The translations under genes and the position numbers were made by a program. This document shows positions 1 through 13,408 of a stretch of 64,000 nucleotides of DNA, piece after piece; the stretch's first letter is position 1, and each line of letters starts with the position of its first letter. Under the pieces are notes generated by a model. That model was not told the origin of the DNA and did no database searches. It saw nothing but the letters and a program-made list of their open reading frames with translations. Source of the stretch: Octopus vulgaris (lineage: Eukaryota); the NCBI GenBank assembly GCA_951406725.2, contig OX597836.1, forward strand, positions 9,796,001 through 9,860,000. The letters run 5' to 3'.

Positions 1-69
1 CCATGTGGTTGGTTAGCAAGCTACTTACCACACAGCCACTCCTATATATATATATATATTTCTGATACT

Positions 70-392
70 TGTTTTATTGGACTGCAGCCATGCTGGAGCA
101 TTGCCTTGAAGAATTATTAGTGAAATGAACCAACCCCAATACTTTTGTTTTTAAAGCCTTGATAGCCATCTGTCAAATAGTGGTGGGGAGCGGGCAAACA
201 CAGACATAAAGACACACACACATATACAATGGGCTTCTTTCAGTTTCCACCAACGAAATACACTCACAAGGCTTTGGTTGGGCTGAGGCTTTAGTAGAAA
301 GCACATGTCCAAGGTGTCACACAGTGGGACTGAACCTGGAACCAAATGGATGGGAAGCAATTCTCCTTACCATAGCCTCATGTTTGCGCCTA
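70..392 (-). mobile_element. SINE family B (tRNA-derived head, CORE-like ACCTTGGGCAAGTG segment), diverged copy
   Basis: Reverse complement of family B motifs (GGTTCAGTCCCACTG, CCAAAGCCTTGTGAGTG, GAAACTGAAAGAAGCCC, GCTCCAGCATGG) that recur many times in the window. Confidence 0.8.
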
Positions 393-805
393 TATAGGTG
401 TATGCTTGTGGATCCTTGCTCTGACATTGTGTGACGGTTGTAAAACAGTGTCATTCATTTCCAATTCTCTGCCAGGGGGGAATATTAGATATTACCTTGC
501 TTAGAAACAGGTGAAGGTTGGCAACAGGAAGGGCATCCAGCCATTGAAAGAATTTTGCCCTAATGAACTGCATCTGACCTATGCAGGCATGGAAAAACGG
601 GTGTTAATATGGTAATATATGACGGGCTTCCTCATAGTTTCCATCTACCAAATTCACTCTCAGGGCATTGGTCAGTCCAGGGAAAAGGACGATATCATCC
701 AGTCTCCTTCATGCTTGTTTTCGAAATGGCAGGATATGATCTGAGGGACATTTTTGCTGCTATTTCTAACACGTTGGACAATTGCATATAGGATCCTTTG
801 TTGAT

Positions 806-841
<36 letters not shown>

Positions 842-1139
842 GTTGTTGTAGTGATGTGAGTGATTGTAATAGCATTGATGATGGGGATGGTGGTGATGGT
901 ACATGTAATGGTGGTGGTGGTGGGGGAAAGTAACAGTGAGGAGGAGGAAGGGGAGGAGGAGGATCGTGATAATGACCCGGCATTGGGAAGGGTGGTGGTG
1001 GGAGATGTAATGAATGATAGCCATAAGAGGATAAAGTGGGATAAAGTCTGAAAGTGAAATTGGGAAGGAGAGAGGGGGAGAGAGAGAGTGTGGAAGGGGT
1101 AGGGGAATAGAAGTTAAATGATATTAAAAAGATATAGCT

Positions 1140-1243
1140 AGAGAGAGAGAGACAGAGAGGAAAATTTGTGTGTGTGGGTAAGAGAAAGGAAAAGAAGTCG
1201 AGAAATTATATTAAAGATATACATTATATATATATACACACAC

Positions 1244-1290
<47 letters not shown>

Positions 1291-1477
1291 CACACACACA
1301 CACATATATATATATACACACATATATGTATATATACACACACACAAATATATATATATATATACACACACATATTTATATGTACACATATATATATATA
1401 CACACACACACATATTTATATGTACACATATATATACACACACACACACATATATACACACACATATATACACACAC

Positions 1478-1512
<35 letters not shown>

Positions 1513-1790
1513 TACACACACATATATACACACACACATATATATATATACACACACACATATATATACACACACATATATATATATATACACACACAAA
1601 CATATATATAGACACACACATGCACATATACAAATATATATATATAGAGAGAGAGAGAGAAAGAAGAGAAGTTAAGAAATGATATTAAAGTGAGATAGAG
1701 ACATACAGAGAGAGGGAGAGAGAGAGAGAGGAAAAAACAAGAGAGTAAGAGAGAGAAGAAAATATGAGAGAGAGAGAGAGAGAAATCGAT
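1140..1790. repeat. Compound (TA)n/(CA)n/(GA)n microsatellite field
   Basis: Direct inspection; produces the spurious YIYI/HTHT ORFs. Confidence 0.97.
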
Positions 1791-1992
1791 GAAATATAGA
1801 AAACAAGAGTAAGCCATAGAAAAATTTATCATAATGTGTGTATGTGATGTATGATTGATAATATTGGTGTATGTATGGTTGTGTATGTGTATGCATGGTT
1901 GCGAGGAGATTGTGTGAATGTAACATGTGCACAAAGATTTCAGATTAATTAAGAAAAAATGTCAAGTGGAAAGGAAAAGAAAAAAATGAATG

Positions 1993-2028
<36 letters not shown>

Positions 2029-2094
2029 TGAAATGAGAAAGTATGAATGTAAGGTGGAGAAATAATTATTAAATATATAAATTTTATTTATGCG

Positions 2095-2388
2095 CCCTTT
2101 TCAAGCGTAGCCAGGCTCATGGGCCCGGTTTCCCGGTTTCTGTGGCATATGTGTTCACCCCTCCCCCAGCTGGACGGGACGCCAGTCCTTCGCAGCGTTA
2201 CCCAAGAAACAGGAAGAAAGAGTGAGAGAAAGTTGGGTGTGAAAGAGTACGACAGGGTTCGCCGAGCCTCGTGAAGCTTTTAGGTGTTTTTGCTCAATAA
2301 ACACACACAACGCCCGGTCTGGGAATCGAAACCACAATCCTCCAATCGCGAGTCCACTGCCCTAACCACTGGGCCATTGCACCTCCAT
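2095..2388 (-). mobile_element. SINE family E (tRNA head GGAGG..CAATGGCCCAGTGGTTAGGGCAG; OR1-like)
   Basis: A-box and B-box (GTTTCGATTCC) head on the minus strand; shared body GGACTGGCGTCCCGTCCAG..GAAACCGGGAAACCGG. Confidence 0.8.
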
Positions 2389-2430
<42 letters not shown>

Positions 2431-2954
2431 AGCCCACACAAAAATATCAAGGAAGGGCTGAAGAAAACAGTGTTAAGTTAAAAGCAAACCATTGTCCTTG
2501 GTGTCACCTGGACAGTTGAAGTGGTATTTATAAGACAATGACCACCTACTGTCCAGCATTGCCATGTCGTTTTAAGCCACCCATCAATGCCACTTCCGTC
2601 CATCAAGTAGTGGATATGAACTCAGCATCTTTTCACACTTAAAACTATGTAACTCTAAATCAGTGGTTTCCAACGTGGGCAGCACTGCTCCACCATTGGG
2701 AGCAGTAGAAAGATCCGGAGAAAGTGGGTGCATTGATGAAAGGGGGAGGGCGATAATGGGGGTAGCTGCAAAATCAAAAAAAAAATAAAATAAATAATCT
2801 GTTTCTTTACTTGTCTCAGTCATTTGACTGCGGCCATGCTGGAGCACAACCTTTAGTCGAACTAATCGACCCCAGGACTTATTCTTCGGAAGCCTAGTAC
2901 TTATTCTATCGGCCTCTTTTGCCAAATCGCTATGTTACGGGGACGTAAACACAC

Positions 2955-3245
2955 CGGGCTCACAATCATGAGGTTGTGAGTTTGATTCCCAGTCTGAGCT
3001 GTGTGTTGTGTTCTTGAGCAAGACACTTTATTTTACATTGCTCCAGTTCACCCAGCTGTAGCAATGGGTTGCGACGTCACTGGTGCCAAGCTGCATCGGC
3101 CCCTTTGCCTTTCCCTTGGATAACATTGGAGGCATGGAGAAGGAAAGCTGGTAAACATGGCGATTACTGATTTTCCATAAACAACCGTGCCCAGACTGGT
3201 GCACCAGAGGGGAACTTTCTAGGTGCAATTCCATGGTCATTCTTA
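2955..3245 (+). mobile_element. SINE family C (CORE-like TGTGTTCTTGAGCAAGACACTTTA), 5' truncated
   Basis: Matches full copies at 19379, 32117 and 41812. Confidence 0.8.
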
Positions 3246-3748
3246 CTGTTGAGACCTCAACCTCAGCTATTCTCAGACCCCCGACACTGCTGGCTTCTTC
3301 CATAAAATCAGGATGACAGCAGCCCATCTGAGAAATGAGCCCTCTTACGTAGGGTGGCTGCTGCAGCGAGTGTCACTGGTCACACTCCATGGCATGTCTT
3401 TGTTATTATGTCCACTTGATGTAATTGAAAGCACCATTTGGATGAAGGTCTACACAGCCTGGTTTGCCTGCCTCATGTTTTTCCATTATTTGATTCCCTT
3501 CTCTCACTTTGTTTCCTCGGTGAAGCAATTTTGGAGGAACCATTTCAATGGTGGAATTCTGATTATCACATATTTTTGTAAAGAAATAAATCATTTTAAT
3601 TTTTTAACAAGCCAATCTCTTCTACTTTTATTTTTTTCTTTTAATCAGTTTATCTTTTTTTGCTCAAATAAAATTAAAAATTTATAAATAAATAAATATA
3701 TATATTTAAATAAAAAGAAATATATATATATATATTTACTTATTTAAA

Positions 3749-3866
3749 TATTTGAAAAAAATTAATAGAAATCGCTTTTCTGATAATTTTTCCACTTTAA
3801 TAATTTATAAACATTTAATTATTAAAGAGGAAAAATTATCAGAAAAGCTATTCAATTTTTCAAATA
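3749..3866. repeat. Inverted repeat (AT-rich fold-back)
   Basis: GCTTTTCTGATAATTTTTCC..CTTTAATAATT pairs with AATTATTAAAG..GGAAAAATTATCAGAAAAGC. Confidence 0.85.
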
Positions 3867-3905
3867 CATAATACTGTACCAAGGACTTAATTTCTTATTC
3901 TACTA

Positions 3906-3976
<71 letters not shown>

Positions 3977-3978
<2 letters not shown>

Positions 3979-4152
3979 AGAGTTTACGAAAAAAACAAAA
4001 GACGAAGACAGGTGGTGTACAAAGCAAACAGATGTATTAGTATAACGCTCAGGAAGAGAAAAAGACTTTTATGTTTCGAGCCTACGCTCTTCTACAGGAA
4101 GGGACACAGAAAAAACAAGGAGAGAAAAAAATGTGTGTAGTGGCTAACGATC
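3977..4152 (-). mobile_element. Penelope-like element terminal fragment next to (TA)n
   Basis: Minus strand reads GAAGAGCGTAGGCTCGAAAC..GTC (degenerate hammerhead-like PLE motif); homologous copy at 48395-48543. Confidence 0.55.
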
Positions 4153-4575
4153 ATATGTGTGTGTGTGTAAATAAATGTATGACTACACTAAGTAGTATTA
4201 CTAGTTATGAGCTCCAAGAGCAAAGGGCTAGACATATACATCTCTCTCTTGTCTCCAGCTGAGGTAGCTATGTATCTCCTCTACTGCAGAACACCTGTTT
4301 CTGTCCCTCCATTCATACTCCAACCTCTCATCAGCTGCTAGAAAGCCACCTCCCTCAATACCATTCCCCCTCAGTTTAGGAGTAGTAGTTAGTTGATGAA
4401 CTCCACTGCTGCTGGTGCCATGTACAAAAGCATCCAGGCCACTCTGTAGAGTGGCTGATGTTAGGACAGGCATCCAGCCGTAGAAAACCATGCCAAAGCT
4501 GATAGTGGAGTTTGTCACAGAATTTTGACTTGCCAACTTTGCTGTCAAACCATCCAACCCATGCCAACAGGGAAA

Positions 4576-4935
4576 ATGAGTGAGTTAGCAAGTGAGTGAG
4601 TGAGTGACTGAGCAAGTGAGCAAATGAGTGAGTGAGCAACTGAATGAGTGAGTGAGTGAGCAAGCAAGCGAGTGAGTGAATGAGTGAGCAACTGAATGAG
4701 TGAGTGAGTAAGCAAGCGAATGAGTGAGTGAGTGAATGAGTGAGTGAGTGAGTGAATTAGCAAGTGAATGAGTGAGCGAGTGAATGAGTGAGTGAGTGAG
4801 TGACTGACTGAGCAAGTGAGTGAGTGAGTTTACAAGTGAATGAATGAGTGAGGGAATTAGTGAGTGAGTGAATGACTAAGTGAGTGAGCAAGCAAGCAAA
4901 TGAGTGAGTGAGTGAATTAGCGAGTGAGGGAGAGA
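4576..4935. repeat. (GAGT)n compound tetranucleotide repeat with GCAA/GAAT interruptions
   Basis: Direct inspection. Confidence 0.95.
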
Positions 4936-5587
4936 GGGAGCCTTTTTTTTTTTTTAAATCCCAATTTGTAACATTTACATTTTCACAACAATCAAACCGT
5001 TTCACAAAAACCTATCAGAAAGCTGAATAAGAATAAAGCAAAGTCGAAAAGTTAAATAAAAGTCAGATAAAAACCATAACTAAATCAAAGACAACACAAA
5101 CTCGTCATGTACATTCAATTTGAAGTCAACACTGATAGATTTTTCAATCAATAACAATAAAGTGAAAAATTATTAATTAAACAAATTAAGTACATTTTTT
5201 TTTTTTTATCAATTGCACAAGTAAAAGAATAATGCGCAAACATACAATGTGATGCATGCATGCATGCATGTGCATTTGCAGGCCTTAGATAGCAATGCAG
5301 TACTTTTCCATGCTTGCATGGGTCAGATGGAGTTTACTGAGGCACGTTGTCTACAGCTGGATGCTCTCCCCGTCACCAACCCTCACCTGTTTTCAGGCAA
5401 AGTGATATTTTTTCACCATCACAAAGGTATGTTTTTCAAGGAAATAAATTGGGGATAAACAAGCTCGCTTGTATGATGGTGATGCTCATTTTCAACCATC
5501 GCATGATGTCTAGACAGGGGCACACAAATGCAGATACATGTGTGTGTGTGTGTGTATGTGTGTGCGCACATGCATGTGTGTGTGTGT

Positions 5588-5976
5588 ATATATATCTAAA
5601 GCTGAAGTTGTCTGTGTGTGGCAGGTTTGGTAGCCTTCAACTAACACTATCTCCTCCGAGACCCTACGGTGCAAGTTGACCAAAATGGAGAGTATGATAG
5701 AAGGCTTGCTCTTCCTTCCGTAGAAGAAAAAATTCAAATCGGACCATGTTAAGACCAAAAATTATTTACATCAAAAAGGTGCTTTTTTTTTCTATGAAAA
5801 TCCTGATTTTTTAATGATTTTTTTACTGCTGTGTCGCCATTTTTCGGTGTATTTCAACCAGAAAAATTTTCACTTAAAGAGAATAACAAGATACATAATG
5901 CAAAATTTTTACTTTTCAAAAATTCCAATTCTAAAAGGTCAAAACAAACCCGAGCAATGCTGGGCGATACTGCTAG
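5588..5976 (+). mobile_element. Non-autonomous Helitron, family H1
   Basis: 3' subterminal hairpin CCCGAGCAATGCTGGG, then CTAG followed by T; about 390 bp, closely similar to 19754-20143. Confidence 0.8.
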
Positions 5977-6868
5977 TATATATATATATATATATATATA
6001 AAAATTAAATAAAAGTACAAAAGACAAAAGGACATACGCAGTGAATGTATTAGGTTGATGCCCAGTATAAGATGGAAAAAGGGGTGTGTGAGACATTTTG
6101 AGAAAGGCTCTTCATCAGAAACAGGAAAGGTCCAGAGAAAGAAAAGAATAGTGTGAGAAAAGCACATCTGTGGTTATACATACATATACGATGGGCTTCT
6201 TTCAGTTTCCCCTGTATCAAATCCACTCATAAAGCTTTGGTTGGCCTGGGGCTATAGTAGAAGGCACTTGCCCTAGGTGCTATGCAGCAGGACTGAACCC
6301 AAGGCGACACTGTTGCTTGTTAACCACACAGCCACACCCGTACCTATTTGGCTGACATTGTAAAATCTGCAGAACTTCAAATCACAACAAATCCATTTCA
6401 GAATCTTGTCTAAATGGCAGGCAATCACTGAGGCCCATATGAAAATAATATGGAAGCCGTCCACGTCAGAAAGATTACAGTGGTTATTATTTCCCCCATC
6501 ATATGCTTTAGTTCTAGAAATTCTACTCTGCTTAAATTAATATGGTTTTGGACATATCAATTCTCTAACAACCAAATGTGTGAAGCCATAGGAGTCTTGC
6601 TTCTGTCATGGATTCTGAAAGAATTGGCACTTGATTGCCATAGTAACGCAACACTGGATGCAAACATCAACAACAATATGTCTAAGTCAGCTTGAGGTTA
6701 TCATAAAAATACCTAACCGCTCTTCAAGTTCTCCCTACTCTCTGTCTTACATTCACCTCATGCTTTGAAGGGTTATGCCCTCACCATCTCTTTCTCTCTC
6801 ATCAGTTGGAGAAGTTAAATATCTCTTCTTCAGTAAGACACTTGTTCTTTCCCCTCTATCATACTTTC

Positions 6869-7102
6869 TATTTCTTTACTACCCACAAGGGGCTAAACAC
6901 AGAGAGGACAAACAAGGACAGACAAACGGATTAAGTTGATTATATCGACCCCAGTGTGTAACTGGTACTTAATTTATCGACCCCGAAAGGATGAAAGGCA
7001 AAGTCAACCTCAGCGGAATTTGAACTCAGAACGTAACGGCAGACCAAATACCGCTAAGCATTTCGCCCGGCGTGCTAACGGTTCTGCCAGCTCGCTGCCT
7101 TT
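6869..7102 (-). mobile_element. SINE family A (tRNA head, Meta-domain-like GCCTTTCATCCTTTCGGGGTCGATAAA), full-length monomer
   Basis: 15-bp TSD CTCTATCATACTTTC at 6854-6868 and 7103-7117; A and B boxes; AAAGAAATA tail. Confidence 0.9.
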
Positions 7103-7807
7103 CTCTATCATACTTTCACCTTCTTCAATATGATACTCTGCTCAGTTGAGGAGGGGAGGTCTTGTCTTGTGGACACTTGGTGGCCTCACTAGTGCTTGGA
7201 GATCTGGTTGCTATTTCTAGTTGGTTGAGTGACCACATAGTAAAAGAATAAAAGAATATAGGGGGTGAGTGTGTTTGCTTATATACTTTTCCATGATTGT
7301 ATGGGTCAATGGGTTTTACTATGGCAGATTTTCTATGGTTGGATGCCCCTCCTATCACCAACTCTCAGCTGTTTCCAAGCAAGCCGATAAATTTTCCCCA
7401 TGGCCTGACCATGCTTTCAAACAAGATTCGAAACAAAATGATACCACTTGTGTACTGATGCTCATTTACGGTCAAAACATGTCAAGATACGGAGACAAAA
7501 ACACACACTCACACTGAACTTCTTTCACTTCCCTTCTATCAAATCCCTTCACAAAGCTTTGGGCAACTTGAGGGTATATAGTAGAAGACGACTGGTTGAA
7601 CTGAACCTAAAACTATGTGGTTGGGAAACGGGTTCAATTTATACCTGTTATAAAGGGACTTAACATTATATTAGAATATTAGAGAATAACAAACGTTTTT
7701 CCACCCAAAATTCATTTATTATTTAGGATACAAAACAGAAAAGACTTCTCTAAAAAAATAATAAATAAAATAACATAAAGTAAAGTAATTTTCTCAGTGA
7801 TAATGTA

Positions 7808-8435
7808 AAGATCCTCTTCAGCCATGAATGACCATGGGATTGCACCAAAAAGGCTACCCTCCAAGGCACAAGTCCAGGCAAGATTGTTTATGGAGGACCA
7901 GCAGTCACCCATGCTTACCAGCTTCTCCTCTCCATGCTACCGATGTTATCCAAGGGAAAGGCAAAGGGGCCGATACAGCTTGGCACCAGTGATGTCGCAA
8001 CTCATTTCTACAGCTGAGTGAACTGGAGCAACGTGAAATAAAGTCTCTTGCTCAAGAACACAGCACACAGCTCAATCCAGGAATCAAGCTCACAAAGACC
8101 CCCTTCAGTCACGACACAGACCATGGGATTGCACCTAGAAAGTTCCCTTCTAAGGCATAAGTCTGGGCAAGGTCATTTTTGGAAGGCCAGTAGTCACTCA
8201 TGCATACCAGCCTCCCCTCTCTCCATGCCTCTGATGTTGTCCAAGAGAAAGGCAAAGGGGCTGATACAGCTTGGCACCTGTGACGTCACAACTCATTTCT
8301 ACAGCTGAGTGAACTGGAGCAACGTGAAATAAAGTGTCTTGCTCAAGAACACAACACAGAGCCCGGTCCGGGAATTGAACTCACTACCTCATGATTGTGA
8401 GCCCAATGCTCTAACCACTGAGCCATATGCCTTCA
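7808..8435 (-). mobile_element. SINE family C dimer (full unit plus headless unit)
   Basis: Two tandem bodies; junction GGGGTCTTT|GTGAG at 8093/8094. Confidence 0.85.
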
Positions 8436-8803
8436 CTAGTGGTAGCACAACCCCTAGCAATGTTAAATAACGGTCTTGGTTTCAAAGTTTGGCACTGGGC
8501 CAGCAATTTTCTTTTTTAAGGGAGGGGCTAAGTTGATTACATCCACCCCAGCGCCCAACTGGTACTTATTTTAATGACTTCCAAAAGGATGAAATGCGAA
8601 GATGACCTTGACAGAATCTGAACTCAGAACATAAAACCAGAAGAAATGGTGATAAGCATTTTGCTTGGCATGTTAACAATTCTGCAGACTACTAGCTTTG
8701 TTTAGTTACTATTCTACAAGTGTGTCTCTTTTCTCAGAACTCAACCCAACTCCCTCCCAAGTCCTATTATTTCATGACAAAAGATAAAAAAAGACAGCTA
8801 TCA

Positions 8804-9219
8804 GGCGGCGAGCTGGCAGAAACGTTAGCACGCCAGGCAAAATGCGTAGCAGTATTTCGTCTGCCGTTACGTTCTGGGTTCAAATTCCGCCGAGGTCGAC
8901 TTTGCCTTTCATCCTTTCGGGGGCGATAAATTAAGTACCAGTTATGCACTGGGGTCGATGTAACTTCGACTTAATCCGTTTGTCTGTCCTTGTTTGTCCT
9001 CTCTGTGTTTAACCCCTTGTGGGTAATAAAGAAATAGGCATTTCGTCTGCCGCTACGTTCTGAGTTCAAATTCCGCTGAGGTCGACTTTGCCTTTCATCC
9101 TTTTGGGGTCGATAAATTAAGTACCAGTTACGCACTGGGGTTGATGCAATCGACTTAATCCGTCTGTCTGTCCTTGTTTGTCCCCTCTGCGTTTAGCCCC
9201 TGTGGGTAGCAAAGAAATA
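8804..9219 (+). mobile_element. SINE family A dimer
   Basis: Head GGCGGCGAGCTGGCAGAAACGTTAG; junction AAAGAAATA|GGCATTTCG at 9037. Confidence 0.9.
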
Positions 9220-9604
9220 TATCTGCTGTTCATCTGCTGAAAACTTCAATAGGTAATTTCTCTCTCTCTCTCTCTCTGTCCTTTTTACCGATCTAACTTC
9301 AGTCCTACTCCACGTGTTTAGACCATTTCTCTTGGGAATATCTTTTCCACACTGTAATAACTGCTGTAATAAAACCTATCCTTTTGTTTCTCATCCTGAC
9401 ACCAAAAATTTTTCCTTAATTGCAAAGAAGGAAGGTAAAGGCTATCATAGCAAGCATTCGGAAAATGGCAAACTTTTCTTTTTTTTTTCTTGCTTTCAGG
9501 CAGTTTTACATTATATACTGATCACCAAACAACCAATATCAATATTTTGTTAAAAAAAATAAAAGAAGATTAAAGACAGGAGCCTTTATGAATGCATTGA
9601 ATAA

Positions 9605-9701
9605 TCACTCTCCAGTTACGACATTCGGATATCCGACACGTACACGGCAAAGACAAACACTACCATTGGATGCTCCCTTAACAGATATTCTTCTATAACA
9701 T
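9605..9701 (-). CDS. Candidate terminal coding exon of an unidentified minus-strand gene
   Basis: Upstream T-rich tract and acceptor GACTTCAG|ATG; unique, more GC/CpG-rich island; two open frames (DVIEEYLLREHPMVVFVFAVYVSDIRMS* or CYRRISVKGASNGSVCLCRVRVGYPNVVTGE*); followed by U-rich DNA. Confidence 0.3.
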
Positions 9702-10073
9702 CTGAAGTCACAGATTTACATAAACTTTCAAAATCAGGAAAAGCCAGAAAGAAAGGAAACAAACAAAAAAAAAAAAAAAGAAAAAAAAAAAGACAGAGTC
9801 CATACATATTTTTATGGATAGAAAGAGATTAGAAGTAATGTTTGATTTACTCAATTCATTTCTTTTTTATCTGCTGAAGCCAAAGCAATCTGTTGAAATT
9901 TAAATTCAAGTAGTATGGAAATTATTTCAATTTTATGGGGTTTTTTTTTCTAAGTATCAGCCATTTTTGAGTGTTTATTCTCAAAGGTCTTCTTTTTCTC
10001 TTTTTTTCTCTTATTTCGTACAAATTTTAAGATGCATCAATATAATACAAATGAAAAAAATTGTTTGTCAATT

Positions 10074-10305
10074 TTAACCCTTTTCATACCAACCTACCCG
10101 AGACCACCCCTGGCTCTATACAATACAAACTTGCTGTTTTAAAGTGATTCAAATTAAAAACTTTAAACCTTCTACGAAAATTTCATGTTAATTGACATAA
10201 TAACGATAAAAATATTTTACTAAATTCTTTGTTATTTTCCAAAATTAATTGAAACAGAAGTAGCGTATTGTATTTCAACAGAATTGTGGTAACAAAAGGC
10301 ATTAA
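10074..10305 (+). mobile_element. piggyBac-type MITE, diverged
   Basis: TTAA-CCCTTT start and TTAA end; homologous to 14411-14639. Confidence 0.65.
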
Positions 10306-10826
10306 TCTTGTTGAAACTTTCTATGAAATGTTTGGGTTTTTTTTTGTATTTAAGAATGTTACATTTGAAGTTTTGGAGAAAATTAACAAAACAGACGAAA
10401 GAAAAGAGTCAAAGACAACGAAAGAGAAATAATAGATACAAAGTTTAAATCTCGTCAGTCAGATAGCAAAAGTAATACATTGATGGTGTTTGAAGAAGAC
10501 AAATGGATGAGACACAATCTAAGGAATTGTTCGTTTTGCAGACCTTGTTCTTAAAACCTACTCCTACTCTATATGTATGTAATGGTGGTTGCAAGCATGG
10601 CCAAGTGGTTAAGAAGTTTGCTTTGTCATCACAAGTTCCCCAGTTCAATCCCACAATAAGGCATTTGGAGCAAGTGTTTTCTTTCCTTCTAATTTTTTTG
10701 CCTCACTGGATGCAGGAGGGTTGTGTATATAAAAAGCTTACTTTGTAACCCTGTGATTTCAGGTTCAGTCCCATTGCATGGCACCTTGGGCAAGTGTCGT
10801 CTACTATAGACCCAGACCAACCAATG

Positions 10827-11130
10827 TGGAGGCACATGGCCTAGTGGTTAGAGCAGCGGTCATGCGGTCGAGGGATCGCGGGTTCGAATCTCAGACCGGG
10901 TGATGTGTGTGTTTATGAGCAAAACACTTAAGCTCCACGCGGCTCCGGCAGAAAGTAATGGCGAATTTCTGCTGACTCTTTCACCACAACTTTCTCTCAC
11001 TCTTTCCTCCTGCATCTTGTAGCTCACCTGTGACGGACCGGCGTCCCGTTCAGGTGGGGAACCTATACGCCAAAGAAACCAGGAAACCGGCCCTAATGAG
11101 CTAGGCATGGCTCGAGAAGGAACAAACAAA
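10827..11130 (+). mobile_element. SINE family E, full length, nested inside a family B SINE (about 10745-11420)
   Basis: 14-bp TSD CAGACCAACCAATG at 10813-10826 and 11131-11144; A box TGGCCTAGTGG; B box GGTTCGAATC; (AAAC)n tail. Confidence 0.9.
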
Positions 11131-12953
11131 CAGACCAACCAATGCATTGTGAATGAATTTGATAGATGGAAACTGTGTTGAAGCCTGCTGTAAATATGTA
11201 TGTGTGTGTATATATGTCTTTGCGTTTGTATTCGTTTCTCTACCACTTCACATTTGGTGTTGGTTTATTTACATCCCTGTAACTTAGCAGTTCTGCAAAC
11301 GAGACCAATAGAATAACCACCAATCTTTAAAAAATTAAATACCAAGGTCAATCTGCTTGACTAGAAACCCTTCAAAATGGTGCCCCAGTATGGTCGCAGT
11401 CCCATGGCTGAAACAAGTGTACCGATACAGGAAAGATAGCTTCCTTGGGTGAATGCAAGACTCATGAAGGAAAACTGGGTACACAGAAACTGTAGGGAAG
11501 CCTGCTGGCTGGAACATATCTTAAATTCAAACATTCATCTTTGTCACCAGCTGTTTTGTGCTGAGTCAACCTGAGTACACATGTCAACGGAATACTCAGT
11601 CACTTACAAGTTAGATTATTAATTAAGTAGTTTAGTGATTGAACAGATAGTTCAGTTAACGAAGCAATGGAATGCTTCTGTGCCAAGGTAGATCATAAGA
11701 CAATAAGAAATAAAGACAAAGTCACTTCCCTAAAGACATGCTAACTTCTGAGAGAGAACCTACAAGACATAGGTCATGATTTTTAAGGCAATATCAACAC
11801 CCTCACCGCCATCCAGGGTCTAGGAAATAGATGCAACCAGCAGAAATAGTCTGGAGAAAACTTTACCATCGTGATCTTTGTCATCATTGCTGTGCAAAAT
11901 GCTCAGTAGCATTTTGTCAATCTTTATGTTCTGAGTTCAAATTCCGCCAAGGTTGACTTTACTTTTCATCCTTTCAGGATGGATAAAATTAGAACCAGTT
12001 GAACACTGGGGGGTAGGTCGATATTTTGACTAGCATCCCCCCCTACCGAAATTGATAGCCTTGTGCTAATAGTAGAAAGCATTATCTAATGTTCATTTAT
12101 CATGTAATGGTGGTTGCAAGCATGGCCAAGTGGTTAAGAAGTTTGCTTTGTCATCACAAGTTCCCCGGTTCAATCCCACAATAAGGCATATGGGGCAAGT
12201 GCTTTCTTTTCTTTTAATTTTTTTTTTTTTTTGGCCTCAGTGGATGCAGGATGGTTGTGTTGCTTGGTTTCACAGGGTCCAATGAGCTGCAGAGATGCAT
12301 CCGGGCATAATGCCAGCTTTGGCATGGTTTCTATGGCTGGATGCCCTTCATAGTGCCAACCGCTTTACAGAGTGGACTGAGGGCTTTTTTCATGGACGCT
12401 GGCACTAGTGAGGCTGATAAGTCACTTGCAAGACAAAGAAAGGAAACGGAAAAAACACCTTCGACTAAGTGGGAGCATATTTGAGAAGGGGCAGGTGTCT
12501 TTCTGCCAGACGATGATGGCTAAGAATGATTGAAGGACAAGTACAGGTATTTTGAGAGAAGATACACAGCTGCCCCATTATATACATTATGAGAGGGAGA
12601 TACATCATGTGAGGATGGGTGGGAGTGTCCGGAAGGGAGACAGAGAGATGGTGGTGAGAGGGTGAAAGAGTCCTTTCATTGCTAATCCCCAGGAAGTGAC
12701 AAGAGCAAGGAAAGAAATTGAGATCATCATCATTATCATCATCATCATCGTTTAACATCCACTTCCCATGCTGGCATTTACGTAAGTATAACTCAGCAGG
12801 TTGCAAACAACCACTGCAGTCTATGTCGAAGTATTCTGATGTTCCTAAGAAAACTCCATTTGTTTGCCTGTTTTCCAATAAATTCTGCTGAGTTAGCCTT
12901 ATTTTTTTGTTTTTCTGAATTTCTCAAATTGTAAAGATAATTTACGGACACTG

Positions 12954-13039
<86 letters not shown>

Positions 13040-13156
13040 ATTTTCTTTTGCCCTTGTTTATAAGTTTAACCTTTAATGGTATTTTAATATGCTGCCACTT
13101 TTTGATGAAATTTTTTCTGTAAAAAACTTCATCCTATATTAGTAGTATATATATAT

Positions 13157-13186
<30 letters not shown>

Positions 13187-13187
<1 letters not shown>

Positions 13188-13377
13188 CCGGAGTAAACAC
13201 ATAAATGTGAAACAAGGTGGAAAAAAGAGTACTCAAATACCAGTGGTAGAGTAATATGCTTTATTCAAAGCAGCAGAAAATTCACCAAAACCTGTTACTC
13301 TGAGTTTCCCGTTGCCGTTCGTCGGAAAGTTTTTGCTAGGGCAGGTTTTGTTGAATTTTCTGCTGCTTTGAATAAAG

Positions 13378-13380
<3 letters not shown>
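13187..13380 (-). mobile_element. Penelope-like fold-back remnant with degenerate hammerhead motif
   Basis: About 36-bp inverted arms (13259-13294 / 13342-13377); minus strand CCGACGA-acg gcaa cgg-GAAAC-tcaga-GTA; (TA)n on both sides. Confidence 0.6.

Positions 13381-13408
<28 letters not shown>

Noticed and set aside
10827-10900. tRNA genes (also at 30865, 32117, 39898, 63467)
   Set aside because: A and B boxes are present but run into SINE bodies, some with TSDs; no proper acceptor stem or terminator
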